64,000 nt of DNA, taken from the NCBI GenBank assembly GCA_963745495.1, contig CAVUXJ010000005.1, positions 198,847-262,846 of the forward strand. The letters run 5' to 3'. Shown here one piece after another: positions 52,523 to 63,262 of this stretch (position 1 is its first letter; every line of letters starts with the position of its first letter). Position numbers and translations under genes: made by a program. This DNA comes from an uncultured Acidobacteriota bacterium (GTDB lineage: Bacteria; Acidobacteriota; Vicinamibacteria; Vicinamibacterales; CAVVIG01). The notes beneath the pieces were generated by a model, which worked only from the letters and a program-made list of their open reading frames with translations, searched no databases and was not told the DNA's origin.

Positions 52523-53983
52523 GTGCTTTTGACCCAGCCGGCGTTTCTCTTCCTCTTTCTTCCGGCGCTGCTCGCTCTGTACTTTCTCGTCGTGGCGATG
52601 GCCACCAAGGGGACCGGCGACGCCGATCTGAACGCCGCCAACGCGCTCCTGGTGGCGGCGAGCTTGGTCTTCTACACACAAGGCGCCGGTCGATACGTCT
52701 GGTTGCTGTGCGGGTCGATCGCCTTTAACTGGTGGGTGGCCGGTGCCATCGATCGGGCGCATGCGGGGGCTGCCGGACCGTCGGCCCGCATCGCGAAGAC
52801 GCTTCTGGTGTGGGGCGTAACGGTAAACGTTCTGGTGCTCGGGGTATCCAGGTACGTGAACTTTTACGCCGGAAACTTCGGTACCCTGTCCCTGGCGCTC
52901 GGCAGGCAGCCGATCGGGACAGGCGTGGTGCTTCCGCTTGGCATGTCGTTCCTGACCCTGCACGCGATCTCCTATCTGGTCGATGTGTACCGGCGCGACG
53001 ACCGTTCGCGGCGCCGACTCGTGGACGCGGCGCTGTACCTTGCGTTTTTTCCGCCCCTCATAGCAGGACCAATCGTCCGTTACCGGGATTTCGCTCATCA
53101 GATCTCCGAACGGGTGGTCGGCGTCGGCAACTTCGTGTACGGCGTCCGGCGTGTCGTCATCGGTCTCTGCAAGAAGCTCCTGATCGCGGACGTCGTGGGC
53201 GTCATGGCCGATCGGGCCTTCGACATGCCGGTCGATCGCCTCGGCGCCGGCACGGCGTGGTTCGGTCTCACCTGCTTCACGTTGCAGATCTACTTCGCGC
53301 TGTCGGGGTATTCGGACATGGCGATCGGGCTCGGACGCATGTTCGGGTTCCGTCTGCCCGAGAACTTCCGCTGGCCGTATGTCGCGGAGACGGTGCAGGA
53401 GTTCTGGCGCCGCTGGATGATTTCCCTCTCCGCCTGGTCGCGCGACTATCTGTATCTCCCGCTCGGCAGCGACAACCCGGCGGCGGACCGGATGTTCCGC
53501 CCCCAGGCAGCGATCGCCGTGTTCGTGTTGTGCGGCCTGTGGCACGGGACGAGCTGGACTTTTGTCATCTGGGGTCTCTATCACGGCGCCTTCATCGTTC
53601 TCGAGCGCGCGGGACTCGCGTTGACGGTCGGGAGGTTGCCGACCCCGCTGCGCCACGTGTACCTGGTCGTTGTCGTGATGATCGGGTGGGTGTTCTTCCG
53701 GGCCGAGAGTGTCCTCGCGGCGCTGACGTTCTTGAACGCGCTCGCCGGACTCCAGACCTCGGGGGCCCCTGTGTTTGCCCTGAAGCCCGCTCCGAGCCTC
53801 TACTTCTGGATGGCGCTGCTCGCGGGCCTGACTGCGTCGGCGCCGCTCGTGGGTTCGGTGAGCCGATGGCGGGTGACGATCGACGCCGTCACTGTTTCAG
53901 CGCTGGCGATGCTGTTTGCCACGGGAATCTTCATCTGGTCCAGCATCCGCTCGTTGTGGTCGGCGTTCGAGGCGAAACGGTAG
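52523..53983 (+). CDS. MBOAT O-acyltransferase, AlgI/PatA-like
   Basis: LPLGMSF, FFPPLIAGPIVR, SGYSDMAIG, ENFRWPY, GLWHG. Confidence 0.9.
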   Translation: MLLTQPAFLFLFLPALLALYFLVVAMATKGTGDADLNAANALLVAASLVFYTQGAGRYVWLLCGSIAFNWWVAGAIDRAHAGAAGPSARIAKTLLVWGVTVNVLVLGVSRYVNFYAGNFGTLSLALGRQPIGTGVVLPLGMSFLTLHAISYLVDVYRRDDRSRRRLVDAALYLAFFPPLIAGPIVRYRDFAHQISERVVGVGNFVYGVRRVVIGLCKKLLIADVVGVMADRAFDMPVDRLGAGTAWFGLTCFTLQIYFALSGYSDMAIGLGRMFGFRLPENFRWPYVAETVQEFWRRWMISLSAWSRDYLYLPLGSDNPAADRMFRPQAAIAVFVLCGLWHGTSWTFVIWGLYHGAFIVLERAGLALTVGRLPTPLRHVYLVVVVMIGWVFFRAESVLAALTFLNALAGLQTSGAPVFALKPAPSLYFWMALLAGLTASAPLVGSVSRWRVTIDAVTVSALAMLFATGIFIWSSIRSLWSAFEAKR

Positions 53984-53996
53984 GGCATCAAGGAAA

Positions 53997-54125
53997 ATCT
54001 GAAACCTGAAGACTGAGACTTCAGACGTGAGACTTTCCCGTTTCTAAGAGCGTCTTCGTTCAGTCACCACGAAGGCCCGAAGCCTAGAGCCCAATCAGAC
54101 TTCAGATTTCAGACTTCAGATTTTG
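53997..54125. repeat. Degenerate array of 7-bp units (TCAGACT type) between convergent genes
   Basis: tctgaaa/cctgaag/actgag ... tcagact/tcagatt/tcagact/tcagatt running into the stop codon at 54116. Confidence 0.65.
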
Positions 54126-54559
54126 AAAAGATCATCGAACGCCTGCCGGGCGCTCGGTGGCCCGGCCGTGCCAGTCTGGCGCTCGATGGTCGTCCGGGCC
54201 GAGAAGAAGCTGCACTCGTTCCGCCCGTCTTTCGGCGTCACGCGCGCCGTCAACGTCTGCGTGCACTCCCAACGCGCGCCGGTGTCGAACGACATGCAGT
54301 GGATGCAGCTGTGCAGATCGGCGCCGCAGCGGGAGCAGCGGCCGTCCGACGGCACCGGCAGCGCCAGGCGGTTGCCGCAGCGCGCGCAACGGAAGACTTC
54401 GTGGGAGCCCATCAGGTTCGGCGTCTTCGGCCCCGACGCGTGCTGCAGCGGTCTGCCGGGGGCTCGCGGTTCCTGGGGGGCAGCGGGCTTCCCGCGCGCA
54501 CCCTGGCGGTCCCGCGGTTCGTCCTGATAGCCGCGCTGGCGGTACTTGCGATCGCTCAT
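54116..54559 (-). CDS. Hypothetical Cys-rich putative zinc-binding protein
   Basis: CARC, CSRC, HSCIHC, WEC, NEC; ends AFDDLFKI. Confidence 0.7.
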   Translation of the reverse strand: MSDRKYRQRGYQDEPRDRQGARGKPAAPQEPRAPGRPLQHASGPKTPNLMGSHEVFRCARCGNRLALPVPSDGRCSRCGADLHSCIHCMSFDTGARWECTQTLTARVTPKDGRNECSFFSARTTIERQTGTAGPPSARQAFDDLFKI

Positions 54560-54697
54560 CGCTTCTCACCCAATCCTGACGCAGAGAGCCCCACCTGATC
54601 AAGCGGCTGGTCCGGGAACGCGGCCCGACCGACATATAGGCCAGGTGATACTCTTTTTCGAGCGTCCCGAACCCCGGGGTCTGGACCAGGAAGGTGT

Positions 54698-56767
54698 GTG
54701 ATGCGCTCGTGTCTTAGCGTCATAGGGCTGCTGCTGGCCCTGGCCGTGGCGACGCGGATCCGGGACACGCGCGTCGATGCCCAGGGCCGGCGGCCGCTGA
54801 CCCTGGTCGATCTCGCCGAGATGCCTCGACTTCTCGACCCGCAGCTGTCACCCGATGGCCGGTTCGTCGTCTACACGCTGGCGAGGGCCGACTGGAAGGC
54901 CAATCGTCCCGTTGGTCAGATCTGGCGCCAGGCGGTTGCCGGTGGACGGCCCGAGCAGCTCACGCGCCTCGAGACGGGCGTGGTGCCCTCGGTGCGATGG
55001 TCGCCTGACGGGAAATCGATGCTGTTTCTTGCGAGCGGCGGCGAGGCCGGCATCCAGGTCTACCGTCTGCCCGCGGAGGGTGGCGAGGTAAAGCAGCTCA
55101 CGCGGCACGCCACTGGCGTGTCGCAGGCCGCGTGGGCGCCCGATGGCTCGTCCATCTACTTTGTGGCCTCCGATGCGAGAACGGCCGCTGAGCGTGAGCG
55201 CGATCGATTGAGAGACGATGTGTACGCGTTCGAGGAGAACTTCAAGCAGCGGCACCTCTGGAAAGTGAGCGTGGCGGACGGCGAAGAAACAAAGGTCACC
55301 GACGGCGCCTGGTCCGTGCTGGCGTATCGGCTGTCGCAGGATGGCCGGCAGATCGTCGTCCACCGTGCGCCGACACCACTCGTGGACGACAGCGCGCGGA
55401 GCGAAATCTGGATGATGGATGCCGGCGGTGAAAGCGCCCGGGCGCTCACGGCCAACGTCGTCGAAGAGAACGAGGGCGAGCTCTCCCCGGACGGCACGCA
55501 GCTGCTATTTCTCGCGGAGGCCAACGAGCGGCTGGAGCCGTTCCACGCCTCGAGGCTCTTCCTGGTTCCCGCTCGCGGCGGCACGCCAAAGGCCTTGCTG
55601 CAGAACTTTCCGTACGCAATCGAGCGCGCGGCATGGCGACCGGACGGCCGCGCGATTCTCGCCGTGGTCAACATGGGCCTCCATAGCGAGATCTACAGCA
55701 TCGATCTCGCGACGAGACGAGCGCGGGCGCTCACCGACGGTGCTCATGCGGTGATGTTCTGGAGCGTCGTGCCGGCGGCCGGCCGGATGGTCTTCCAGTT
55801 CGACGAGCCCGCGCGCCTGGGCGACGCCTGGACGCTCCCGTTTGAAGGGGAAAACCTGACCCGCGTGAGCGGAGTCTACGATGGGCTCGAAGGTGGCTTT
55901 CAACTCCCGCGGCAGGAAAGGGTCGCGTGGAAGGGCGCCGACGGGGTCACCGTGGAAGGGCTCCTCTTTTATCCGATTGGCTACGAGCGCGGCCGGCGCT
56001 CCCCCCTGGTCGTTCAACTCCACGGCGGGCCGCACGAGTCCGACAAGTTCGGCTACGGGCCGTATTTCATCATGAACTATGTGCCGGTGTTGACAGCCAA
56101 GGGCTACGCCGTCCTTCGCCCCAACTACCGTGGCAGCACGGGCTATGGGGACGGGTTTCTTCGGGATGTGATGGGCACCTACTTCAAGAACATGCACACG
56201 GATGTGCTCGCCGGTGTCGACGCCCTCGTTCGGCAGGGCGTTGCCGATCCCGACCGGCTTGCCGTGATGGGCGTCAGCGCTGGAGGGCACCTCACCAACA
56301 AGCTCATCACGATCACGACTCGGTTCAAAGCCGCCTCAGCCACCGCCGGGGCGGCGAACTGGGTTTCGATGTTCGCGCAGACCGACACGCGCATGAGCCG
56401 GTCGGGGTGGTTCGGCGGTACGCCGTGGCAGCCGAACGCCCCCATCGACGTCTTCTGGAACAACTCGCCGCTGAAGGACGCCGCCCGGGTCAAGACGCCC
56501 ACTCTTCTCATCGTCGGCGAGCAGGACATGCGCGTACCCATGATGCAGTCGGTGGAGATGTACCGTGCACTCAGGGCCAGCGGGGTGCCGTCGCGGCTGA
56601 TCGTCGCGCCGAGAGAGCCGCACCAGTGGGGTGAGCTGCGGCACCAGCTGTACAAGGCCAACGTCGAACTCGAGTGGTTCGAGCGCTACGTCAACGGCCG
56701 GATGTATTCGTGGGAGCGCGTGCCTGGTGATGCGCTCGACACGGCAAGGGCACCGATCTTGCCATGA
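54698..56767 (+). CDS. S9 family peptidase (prolyl oligopeptidase/acylaminoacyl peptidase-like)
   Basis: WSPDG beta-propeller repeats, HGGP, PNYRGSTGYG, GVSAGG, GEQDMRV, EPH. Confidence 0.9.
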   Translation: MMRSCLSVIGLLLALAVATRIRDTRVDAQGRRPLTLVDLAEMPRLLDPQLSPDGRFVVYTLARADWKANRPVGQIWRQAVAGGRPEQLTRLETGVVPSVRWSPDGKSMLFLASGGEAGIQVYRLPAEGGEVKQLTRHATGVSQAAWAPDGSSIYFVASDARTAAERERDRLRDDVYAFEENFKQRHLWKVSVADGEETKVTDGAWSVLAYRLSQDGRQIVVHRAPTPLVDDSARSEIWMMDAGGESARALTANVVEENEGELSPDGTQLLFLAEANERLEPFHASRLFLVPARGGTPKALLQNFPYAIERAAWRPDGRAILAVVNMGLHSEIYSIDLATRRARALTDGAHAVMFWSVVPAAGRMVFQFDEPARLGDAWTLPFEGENLTRVSGVYDGLEGGFQLPRQERVAWKGADGVTVEGLLFYPIGYERGRRSPLVVQLHGGPHESDKFGYGPYFIMNYVPVLTAKGYAVLRPNYRGSTGYGDGFLRDVMGTYFKNMHTDVLAGVDALVRQGVADPDRLAVMGVSAGGHLTNKLITITTRFKAASATAGAANWVSMFAQTDTRMSRSGWFGGTPWQPNAPIDVFWNNSPLKDAARVKTPTLLIVGEQDMRVPMMQSVEMYRALRASGVPSRLIVAPREPHQWGELRHQLYKANVELEWFERYVNGRMYSWERVPGDALDTARAPILP

Positions 56768-56865
56768 CCTGAAAAAGCGGGGTAAGCTCCAAAAGGAAAC
56801 CGGGCTAGCTCCCGGTGGCGCAACGGGTTCTTTCCGGTCTCCATCCTCGCGCAGCCCCGGAATCA

Positions 56866-57516
56866 ATGGCCCAGATCTTTCACCGCAGTACCAACACCAT
56901 CGCACGCGTCAGTCTCTTCGGCGCAGTCTTCCTTGTCGCGGCCTTCCTCCTCGTGCTCACACAGGTGAACCGGTCGCCCTGGGTCACCCAGGTCCATGTC
57001 GCGCGCGAGCAGCCCATTCAGTTCAGCCACGAACGCCATGTCGGCAGCAACGGCACCGACTGCCGCTACTGCCACACCTCGGTCGAGGAATCGTCGTTTG
57101 CCGGCATTCCGCCGACCAAGACGTGCATGAACTGTCATTCGCAGATCTTTGCCAACAACCCGCTCCTGCAGCCGGTGCGCGACAGCTTCGAGAACGGGCG
57201 TGCCATCCAGTGGACGCGTGTTCACGATCTGCCCGACTTCGTGTTCTTCGACCACAGCATCCATGTGAACAAGGGCGTCGGATGTACCACCTGCCACGGC
57301 CAGGTGGACCGCATGCCGCTCATGTCTCAGGCACAGTCCCTGCAGATGGAATGGTGCCTCGACTGCCACCGGAATCCAGAGCGATATGTGAGGCCGCGAA
57401 GCGCCGTGTTTGCCGTCGACTATCAAGCGCCGCCGAACCAGGCTGAGCTCGGCGCGCGCCTGGTCGCCGATTATCACATCCAGAAGCTCACCAGTTGCTC
57501 GACGTGCCATCAATGA
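56866..57516 (+). CDS. actA: Alternative complex III pentaheme cytochrome c subunit
   Basis: Five CxxCH motifs, QPIQFSH, first gene of the act operon. Confidence 0.9.
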   Translation: MAQIFHRSTNTIARVSLFGAVFLVAAFLLVLTQVNRSPWVTQVHVAREQPIQFSHERHVGSNGTDCRYCHTSVEESSFAGIPPTKTCMNCHSQIFANNPLLQPVRDSFENGRAIQWTRVHDLPDFVFFDHSIHVNKGVGCTTCHGQVDRMPLMSQAQSLQMEWCLDCHRNPERYVRPRSAVFAVDYQAPPNQAELGARLVADYHIQKLTSCSTCHQ

Positions 57517-60500
57517 GGAAGGATTCGCGGAAGCGCGCGGAACATCGCGTCGTCGCGACCGCCCAGCCCCGCATCGACGATCGCAATCGCGATAGCTGGT
57601 GGCGCACGCTCGACGAGCAGGCCGACGATCCCGCCTTTCAGGAGCGGCTGTACAACGAGTTCCCTTCCCAGGTTGAGGCCGTGTCCGATCCGGTCGCCCG
57701 GCGTACGTTCTTGAAGCTGATGGGCGCGTCGCTGGGGCTCGCCGGCATCACGGCCTGCACCCGCCAACCCACGGAAAAGATCGTCCCTTACGTCCGGCAG
57801 CCTGAGGAGGTCATTCCGGGCCGGCCGCTGTTCTACGCAACCTCGATGACGCTCGGCGGGACGGCCACCGGACTCCTCGTCGAGAGCCATGAAGGCCGGC
57901 CAACCAAAGTCGAGGGCAACCCGCTTCACCCCGCCAGTCTCGGCGCCACGGACATTTTTGCGCAGGCGGCGATCCTGAATCTGTACGATCCTGACCGGTC
58001 GCGCGCGCTGACTCATCTAGGGGAGATTCGGCCGTGGCCCGATTTTCTGTCGGCGCTCGCGTCGGTACTGACTGCACAGCAGCCCGTCCAGGGACGCGGG
58101 CTCCGCATCCTCACCGAATCGATCTCGTCGCCTACGCTTGGAGGGCAGTTGCAGGAGCTTCTGTCCCGCTTTCCGTCTGCACGCTGGCACCAGTGGGATC
58201 CCGTCAGCCGCGAGAACGCGCGAGCGGGCGCCCGCCTGGCATTCGGCGAGTTCGTCGACGCGCAGCTCCACCTCGATCGAGCCGACGTCATTCTCACGCT
58301 CGACGCCGATTTGCTCGGCGCCGGCGCGGGAAGCCTGGCATACGCGCGCGCCTTCGCCGCCCGGCGCCGGCCGGAGCAGGGGGCGCGCATGAACCGGTTG
58401 TATGCGCTCGAAAGCATGCCCACATCGACCGGTGCACGAGCCGACCACCGCTTGTCGCTGCGCCCGAGCGAGGTCGAAACCCTCGCGAGGCAGATTGCGG
58501 CGGCGGTTGGCGTCGGTGGCGCCGCCGCTGGTGGGCCGCCGCTGTCTGGCCGTGTCGCCGAGCTTGCCCCGGCTTGGATCGCGGCCGTCGCCAGAGATCT
58601 CCAGGCACACAAAGGTACGAGCCTCGTGGTGGCGGGCGACAACCAGCCGCCAGTGGTGCATGCCCTCGCCCATGCCATGAACGGTGCGCTCGCCAATACC
58701 GGCCGCAGCATCGTGTTTACCGATCCCGTCGAAGTCGTGCCAATCGAACAGGTGCAGTCGCTTCGCGATCTCGCACGCGATATGAGCGCCGGACAAGTGG
58801 ACGTCCTGATCGTCGTCGGCGGCAACCCCGCCTACACCGCGCCGGCCGACCTGAACTTCAAGGAAGCGATGGTCACGGTGCCGTTCCGTGCGCACCTCAG
58901 CCAGCATGTCGACGAAACGTCCGAGCTGTGCCACTGGCAGATCCCTGAGGCCCATTTTCTCGAGACCTGGAGCGACGCGCGTGCGTTCGATGGGACTGCG
59001 TCGATCGTGCAGCCGCTGATCGCGCCGTTATACGACGGACGCTCGGCCCACGAGCTCATCGCCGCGATGAGCGCGACGCCGGAAAAGCCGGCATACGATC
59101 TGGTCCGCGAGCACTGGATCGCGTCGTTTGGATCGCAAGACGCCCAGGAATCCCAGGCCGCGATGTCGGGCGGCAAGACCGATACCGCTGTATCTGACGC
59201 CAGGAACCCGAGCGCCGCCCCTGCCGTGAGCACCCAGACGGCCGGTGGCGTTGCCAAGACGCAAAGCGCTTCTCCTGGCGCGAGGACCGCTGCGGCTGAC
59301 GCGAAGACCCAGACGGCGGCGCCGGCTTCAGAAGCCAGCCCGCTGTTCGAGGCAGCATGGCGCCGCTGGCTGCATGACGGCTTCATTCCGAATACGGCGT
59401 TCGCGCCGCGCACCGTCACGCTCCGACCCGAGTCCCTCGCACCGGCGCCGCGCGCCGGCAACGGGACGACCGGGCTGGAACTGACGTTTCGCAACGATCC
59501 GTGCGTGCTCGACGGCCGGTTCGCCAATAACGGCTGGTTGCAGGAGCTGCCGAAACCCCTCAGCAAGTTGACGTGGGACAACGCGGTGCTGGTGAGCCCG
59601 GCGACGTTCGCCAGGCTGCAGGGCGTCGCGGCGCCGGCCTTTCGCGGCGGCGAACACGGCCAGATCGTGACCGACCTCGTCGAGCTCCGTTCTCGCGGGC
59701 GCTCCGTCCGCGGCCCTCTCTTTCCGGTCGCCGGTCATCCTGACGATTGCGTCACGATACATCTGGGTTACGGCCGAACGCGTGGCGGGCAGCTCGGTAC
59801 CGGGGCCGGATTCAACGCCAGTGCGCTGCGGACGTCAGAGGCGCCCTGGTTCGAACGAGGTCTCGACGTCGCGAAGACCGGCGAACGCTATTCCCTGGCG
59901 TGCACGCAGTATCACCACCTCATGGAAGGCCGCGGGCTGATCCGCGCCATCACCCGCGATCAGTTCGAGCGCGATCCGAAGATCGTGCATGAAGGCCACG
60001 AGGCCCCGCCGCGCACGCTGACGCTGATCCCCGAGTATCCGTACGACGGGTACAAATGGGGCATGGCGATCGACGTCTCCGCCTGCATCGGCTGCAACGC
60101 CTGCATCGTCGGATGCCAGGCCGAGAACAATATTCCCGTGGTCGGCAAGGACCAGGTCCTGCGCGGCCGTGAAATGCACTGGCTGCGCGTCGACACGTAC
60201 TATCGCGGCCGCGAGGACAACCCGGAAACCTACTTCCAGCCGCTGCCGTGCATGCACTGCGAGAACGCCCCGTGCGAGGTCGTCTGTCCCGTCAATGCCA
60301 CCGTTCACAGCCACGAAGGTCTGAACGACATGGTCTACAACCGGTGTGTCGGCACCCGGTACTGCTCCAACAACTGCCCGTACAAGGTGCGGCGCTTCAA
60401 CTATCTGCTGTATCAGGACTGGGAGACGCCGAGCTTGAAGCTCGGTCGCAACCCCGACGTCACCGTTCGCAGCCGCGGGGTCATGGAGAAGTGCACGTAC

Positions 60501-60761
60501 TGCGTGCAGCGGATCAACGCCGCGAAGATCGACGCGGAGAAGGCCGACCGCCTTGTCCGTGACGGTGACATCAAGACGGCCTGCGAGGCGGTCTGCCCGG
60601 CCGAGGCGATCGTCTTCGGGAACCTGAACGATCCGGAGAGCCGGGTGGCGAAGCTCCGGTCCGAACAGCGCAATTACTCGCTGCTCGCCGAGCTCAATAC
60701 CCGGCCGAGGACGACGTATCTCGCGGCGATTCGGAATCCGAATCCGGAGCTCGGCGAATGA
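57513..60761 (+). CDS. actB: Alternative complex III ActB (molybdopterin oxidoreductase-like plus Fe-S domain)
   Basis: RRTFLK Tat motif, [48 protein letters not shown]. Confidence 0.93.
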   Translation: MRKDSRKRAEHRVVATAQPRIDDRNRDSWWRTLDEQADDPAFQERLYNEFPSQVEAVSDPVARRTFLKLMGASLGLAGITACTRQPTEKIVPYVRQPEEVIPGRPLFYATSMTLGGTATGLLVESHEGRPTKVEGNPLHPASLGATDIFAQAAILNLYDPDRSRALTHLGEIRPWPDFLSALASVLTAQQPVQGRGLRILTESISSPTLGGQLQELLSRFPSARWHQWDPVSRENARAGARLAFGEFVDAQLHLDRADVILTLDADLLGAGAGSLAYARAFAARRRPEQGARMNRLYALESMPTSTGARADHRLSLRPSEVETLARQIAAAVGVGGAAAGGPPLSGRVAELAPAWIAAVARDLQAHKGTSLVVAGDNQPPVVHALAHAMNGALANTGRSIVFTDPVEVVPIEQVQSLRDLARDMSAGQVDVLIVVGGNPAYTAPADLNFKEAMVTVPFRAHLSQHVDETSELCHWQIPEAHFLETWSDARAFDGTASIVQPLIAPLYDGRSAHELIAAMSATPEKPAYDLVREHWIASFGSQDAQESQAAMSGGKTDTAVSDARNPSAAPAVSTQTAGGVAKTQSASPGARTAAADAKTQTAAPASEASPLFEAAWRRWLHDGFIPNTAFAPRTVTLRPESLAPAPRAGNGTTGLELTFRNDPCVLDGRFANNGWLQELPKPLSKLTWDNAVLVSPATFARLQGVAAPAFRGGEHGQIVTDLVELRSRGRSVRGPLFPVAGHPDDCVTIHLGYGRTRGGQLGTGAGFNASALRTSEAPWFERGLDVAKTGERYSLACTQYHHLMEGRGLIRAITRDQFERDPKIVHEGHEAPPRTLTLIPEYPYDGYKWGMAIDVSACIGCNACIVGCQAENNIPVVGKDQVLRGREMHWLRVDTYYRGREDNPETYFQPLPCMHCENAPCEVVCPVNATVHSHEGLNDMVYNRCVGTRYCSNNCPYKVRRFNYLLYQDWETPSLKLGRNPDVTVRSRGVMEKCTYCVQRINAAKIDAEKADRLVRDGDIKTACEAVCPAEAIVFGNLNDPESRVAKLRSEQRNYSLLAELNTRPRTTYLAAIRNPNPELGE

Positions 60762-62139
60762 TGGAGAGCGTGCAGCCGAGCGACGACCCGCCCCTGCTCG
60801 CGCCCGGCCATACCTTTTCGTCCATCACCGACCAGATCAGCGCCGCCGTCCTGTCCCCACGGACGCCGCTGTGGTGGTACTTCGGCTTCATGGTGGTGTC
60901 GGGGTTTGCCCTGTTGCTCTTCGTGTCGCTGACGTACCTCGTCATACGCGGCATCGGCATCTGGGGCAATAACCAGCCGGTCGGGTGGGCGTTCGACATC
61001 ACGAACTTTGTCTGGTGGATCGGTATCGGTCACGCCGGCACGCTGATCTCGGCGATTCTGCTCTTGTTCAGGCAGAAATGGCGGACCTCCATCAACCGCT
61101 TCGCCGAGGCGATGACGCTTTGTGCGGTCGCCTGCGCGGCCATCTTTCCTCTGATGCACACCGGGCGCCCCTGGTTGGCGTACTGGCTGCTGCCATTTCC
61201 GAACACGATGACGTTGTGGCCGCAATTCAAGAGCCCGCTCATCTGGGACGTCTTCGCGGTCTCGACCTACGGCTTGGTGTCGCTGTTGTTCTGGTATGTC
61301 GGGTTGATTCCCGACGTCGCCACGCTGCGCGATCGCGCGACGACGCGGACCGGCCGCGTGGCGTACGGGATGATGGCGATGGGGTGGCGCGGGTCGGCCC
61401 GGCACTGGCACCGGTACGATACCGCCTACCTCCTGCTGGCGGGTCTCGCGACGCCTCTCGTCGTCTCGGTGCATTCCGTCGTCAGCCTGGACTTCGCCGT
61501 CTCGGTCATCCCCGGCTGGCACACGACCATTTTCCCCCCTACTTCGTCGCGGGCGCCATCTACTCGGGCTTCGCGATGGTGCTGACCCTCGTGATCCCGA
61601 TCCGCGTCCTCTATGGGTTGGAGGATTTCATCACGATGCGTCATTTGCAGAACATGGCGAAGGTGATGCTCGTCACCGGGCTGATCGTCGCCTACGGTTA
61701 CACGATCGAAGCGTTCATGGCGTGGTTCAGCCAGAACCAGTACGAGAGCTTCATGATGTGGAACCGCATGACCGGGCCGTACTGGTGGGCTTACGCGACG
61801 CTGATCGCCTGCAACGTGATCACCCCGCAGGCCCTCTGGTTCAGGCGCGTCCGCATGAGTGCGCCGATCCTGTTCGTCATCGCGCTGATCGTGAATGTCG
61901 GGATGTGGCTCGAGCGGTTCGTGATCGTGGTGACGAGCTTGCACCGCGATTTCCTGCCCTCGTCGTGGGGGCGGTTCAGCCCGACGTTCTGGGACTTGAG
62001 CACCTTCCTCGGGACCATCGGTCTTTTCTTGACGCTGCTGTTGCTGTTTCTCCGCTTGCTGCCGATGATCTCGATGTTCGAGATGCGCACACTGCTGCCG
62101 GCGGCGAAGGTGGAACTGGAACCCGACCGGGGAATGTGA
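60758..62139 (+). CDS. actC: Alternative complex III ActC (NrfD/PsrC family), apparent frameshift near 61535
   Basis: [41 protein letters not shown] across a C-run. Confidence 0.9.
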
Positions 62140-62142
62140 GCG

Positions 62143-62685
62143 ATGGCGATACGTTCACCTTCGATTTACGGCTTGATGGCGGAGTTCCAGGACCCCAATG
62201 CGCTCGTCGCGGCGACCTACCGCGCTCATTACGAGGGGTATCGTTCGATGGACGCGTACTCGCCGTTCCCCATCGAGGAACTGCACGACGCGCTCGGAGA
62301 GTCGCACACCCGGCTCCCGCTGATCGTGCTCGTCGGGGGACTCTGCGGCGCGCTCGGCGGATACGCCCTTCAGTACTGGGCCGCTGGGATCGTGTACCCG
62401 CTGAATATCGCCGGCAAGCCTTTCAACAGCTGGCCGATGTTCATTCCGGTCACCTTCGAGTGCACCATCCTGGTCGCCGCGCTGTCGGCCGTGCTGGGCA
62501 TGCTGGCGCTGAATGGCCTTCCCATGCCCTATCACCCGGTGTTCAACGTGGCGCGCTTCGCGCTGGCCAGCCGCAACCGCTTCTTCCTGTGCATCGAATC
62601 GCGAGATTCGAAGTTCGAGCTCGAGAAGACGCGCCGTTTTCTCGAAACACTCGGGGCTCTCGAGGTATCGACCGTTGCGCGCTAG
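62143..62685 (+). CDS. actD: Alternative complex III ActD (DUF3341)
   Basis: DAYSPFP, YPLNIAGKP, FIPVTFE. Confidence 0.9.
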   Translation: MAIRSPSIYGLMAEFQDPNALVAATYRAHYEGYRSMDAYSPFPIEELHDALGESHTRLPLIVLVGGLCGALGGYALQYWAAGIVYPLNIAGKPFNSWPMFIPVTFECTILVAALSAVLGMLALNGLPMPYHPVFNVARFALASRNRFFLCIESRDSKFELEKTRRFLETLGALEVSTVAR

Positions 62686-62689
62686 GCCA

Positions 62690-63262
62690 ATGGCGATCGT
62701 GCGCATGGGGGCCGCGGCGCTGATCGCCCTCGGCTCCCTGGCCTGCCGCCAGGACATGCACGATCAGCCGAAGTATTCCGCGCTCGAAGCCGCGCCATTT
62801 TTTGCTGACAGCAGCTCGGCGCGGCCGCCGCTGCCAGGCACCGTTCCGCGCGGCCAGCTGAGGGACGATCGGTCGCTCTTCACGGGCAAGATCAACGAAC
62901 AGGATGTCACGGCCTTCCCGTTTCCAATCACCGAGGCCGTCCTGGCGCGTGGACAGGAGCGCTTCAACATCTACTGCTCGCCCTGCCACGCCCGGACCGG
63001 TGCGGGCGATGGCATCGTCGTCCAGCGCGGGTACACCCCGCCGCCGCCGCTCGATGCTCCCTACCTCCGTGAGGCGGCGCCGGGGCATTTCTTCGACGTG
63101 ATCACGAACGGCTTCGGCTCGATGCCCGACTACGCCGCTCAGATCAAGGTGACGGATCGATGGGCCATTGCGGCTTATGTCCGCGTCCTGCAGGCTGCTT
63201 CTTCCGCCACGCTGAACGACGTCCCGCCTGCCGAGCGCAGCCGGCTCGAGAGTCAGCGGTGA
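62690..63262 (+). CDS. actE: Alternative complex III ActE monoheme cytochrome c lipoprotein
   Basis: SLAC lipobox, RQDMHDQPK, CSPCH, MPDY. Confidence 0.9.
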   Translation: MAIVRMGAAALIALGSLACRQDMHDQPKYSALEAAPFFADSSSARPPLPGTVPRGQLRDDRSLFTGKINEQDVTAFPFPITEAVLARGQERFNIYCSPCHARTGAGDGIVVQRGYTPPPPLDAPYLREAAPGHFFDVITNGFGSMPDYAAQIKVTDRWAIAAYVRVLQAASSATLNDVPPAERSRLESQR

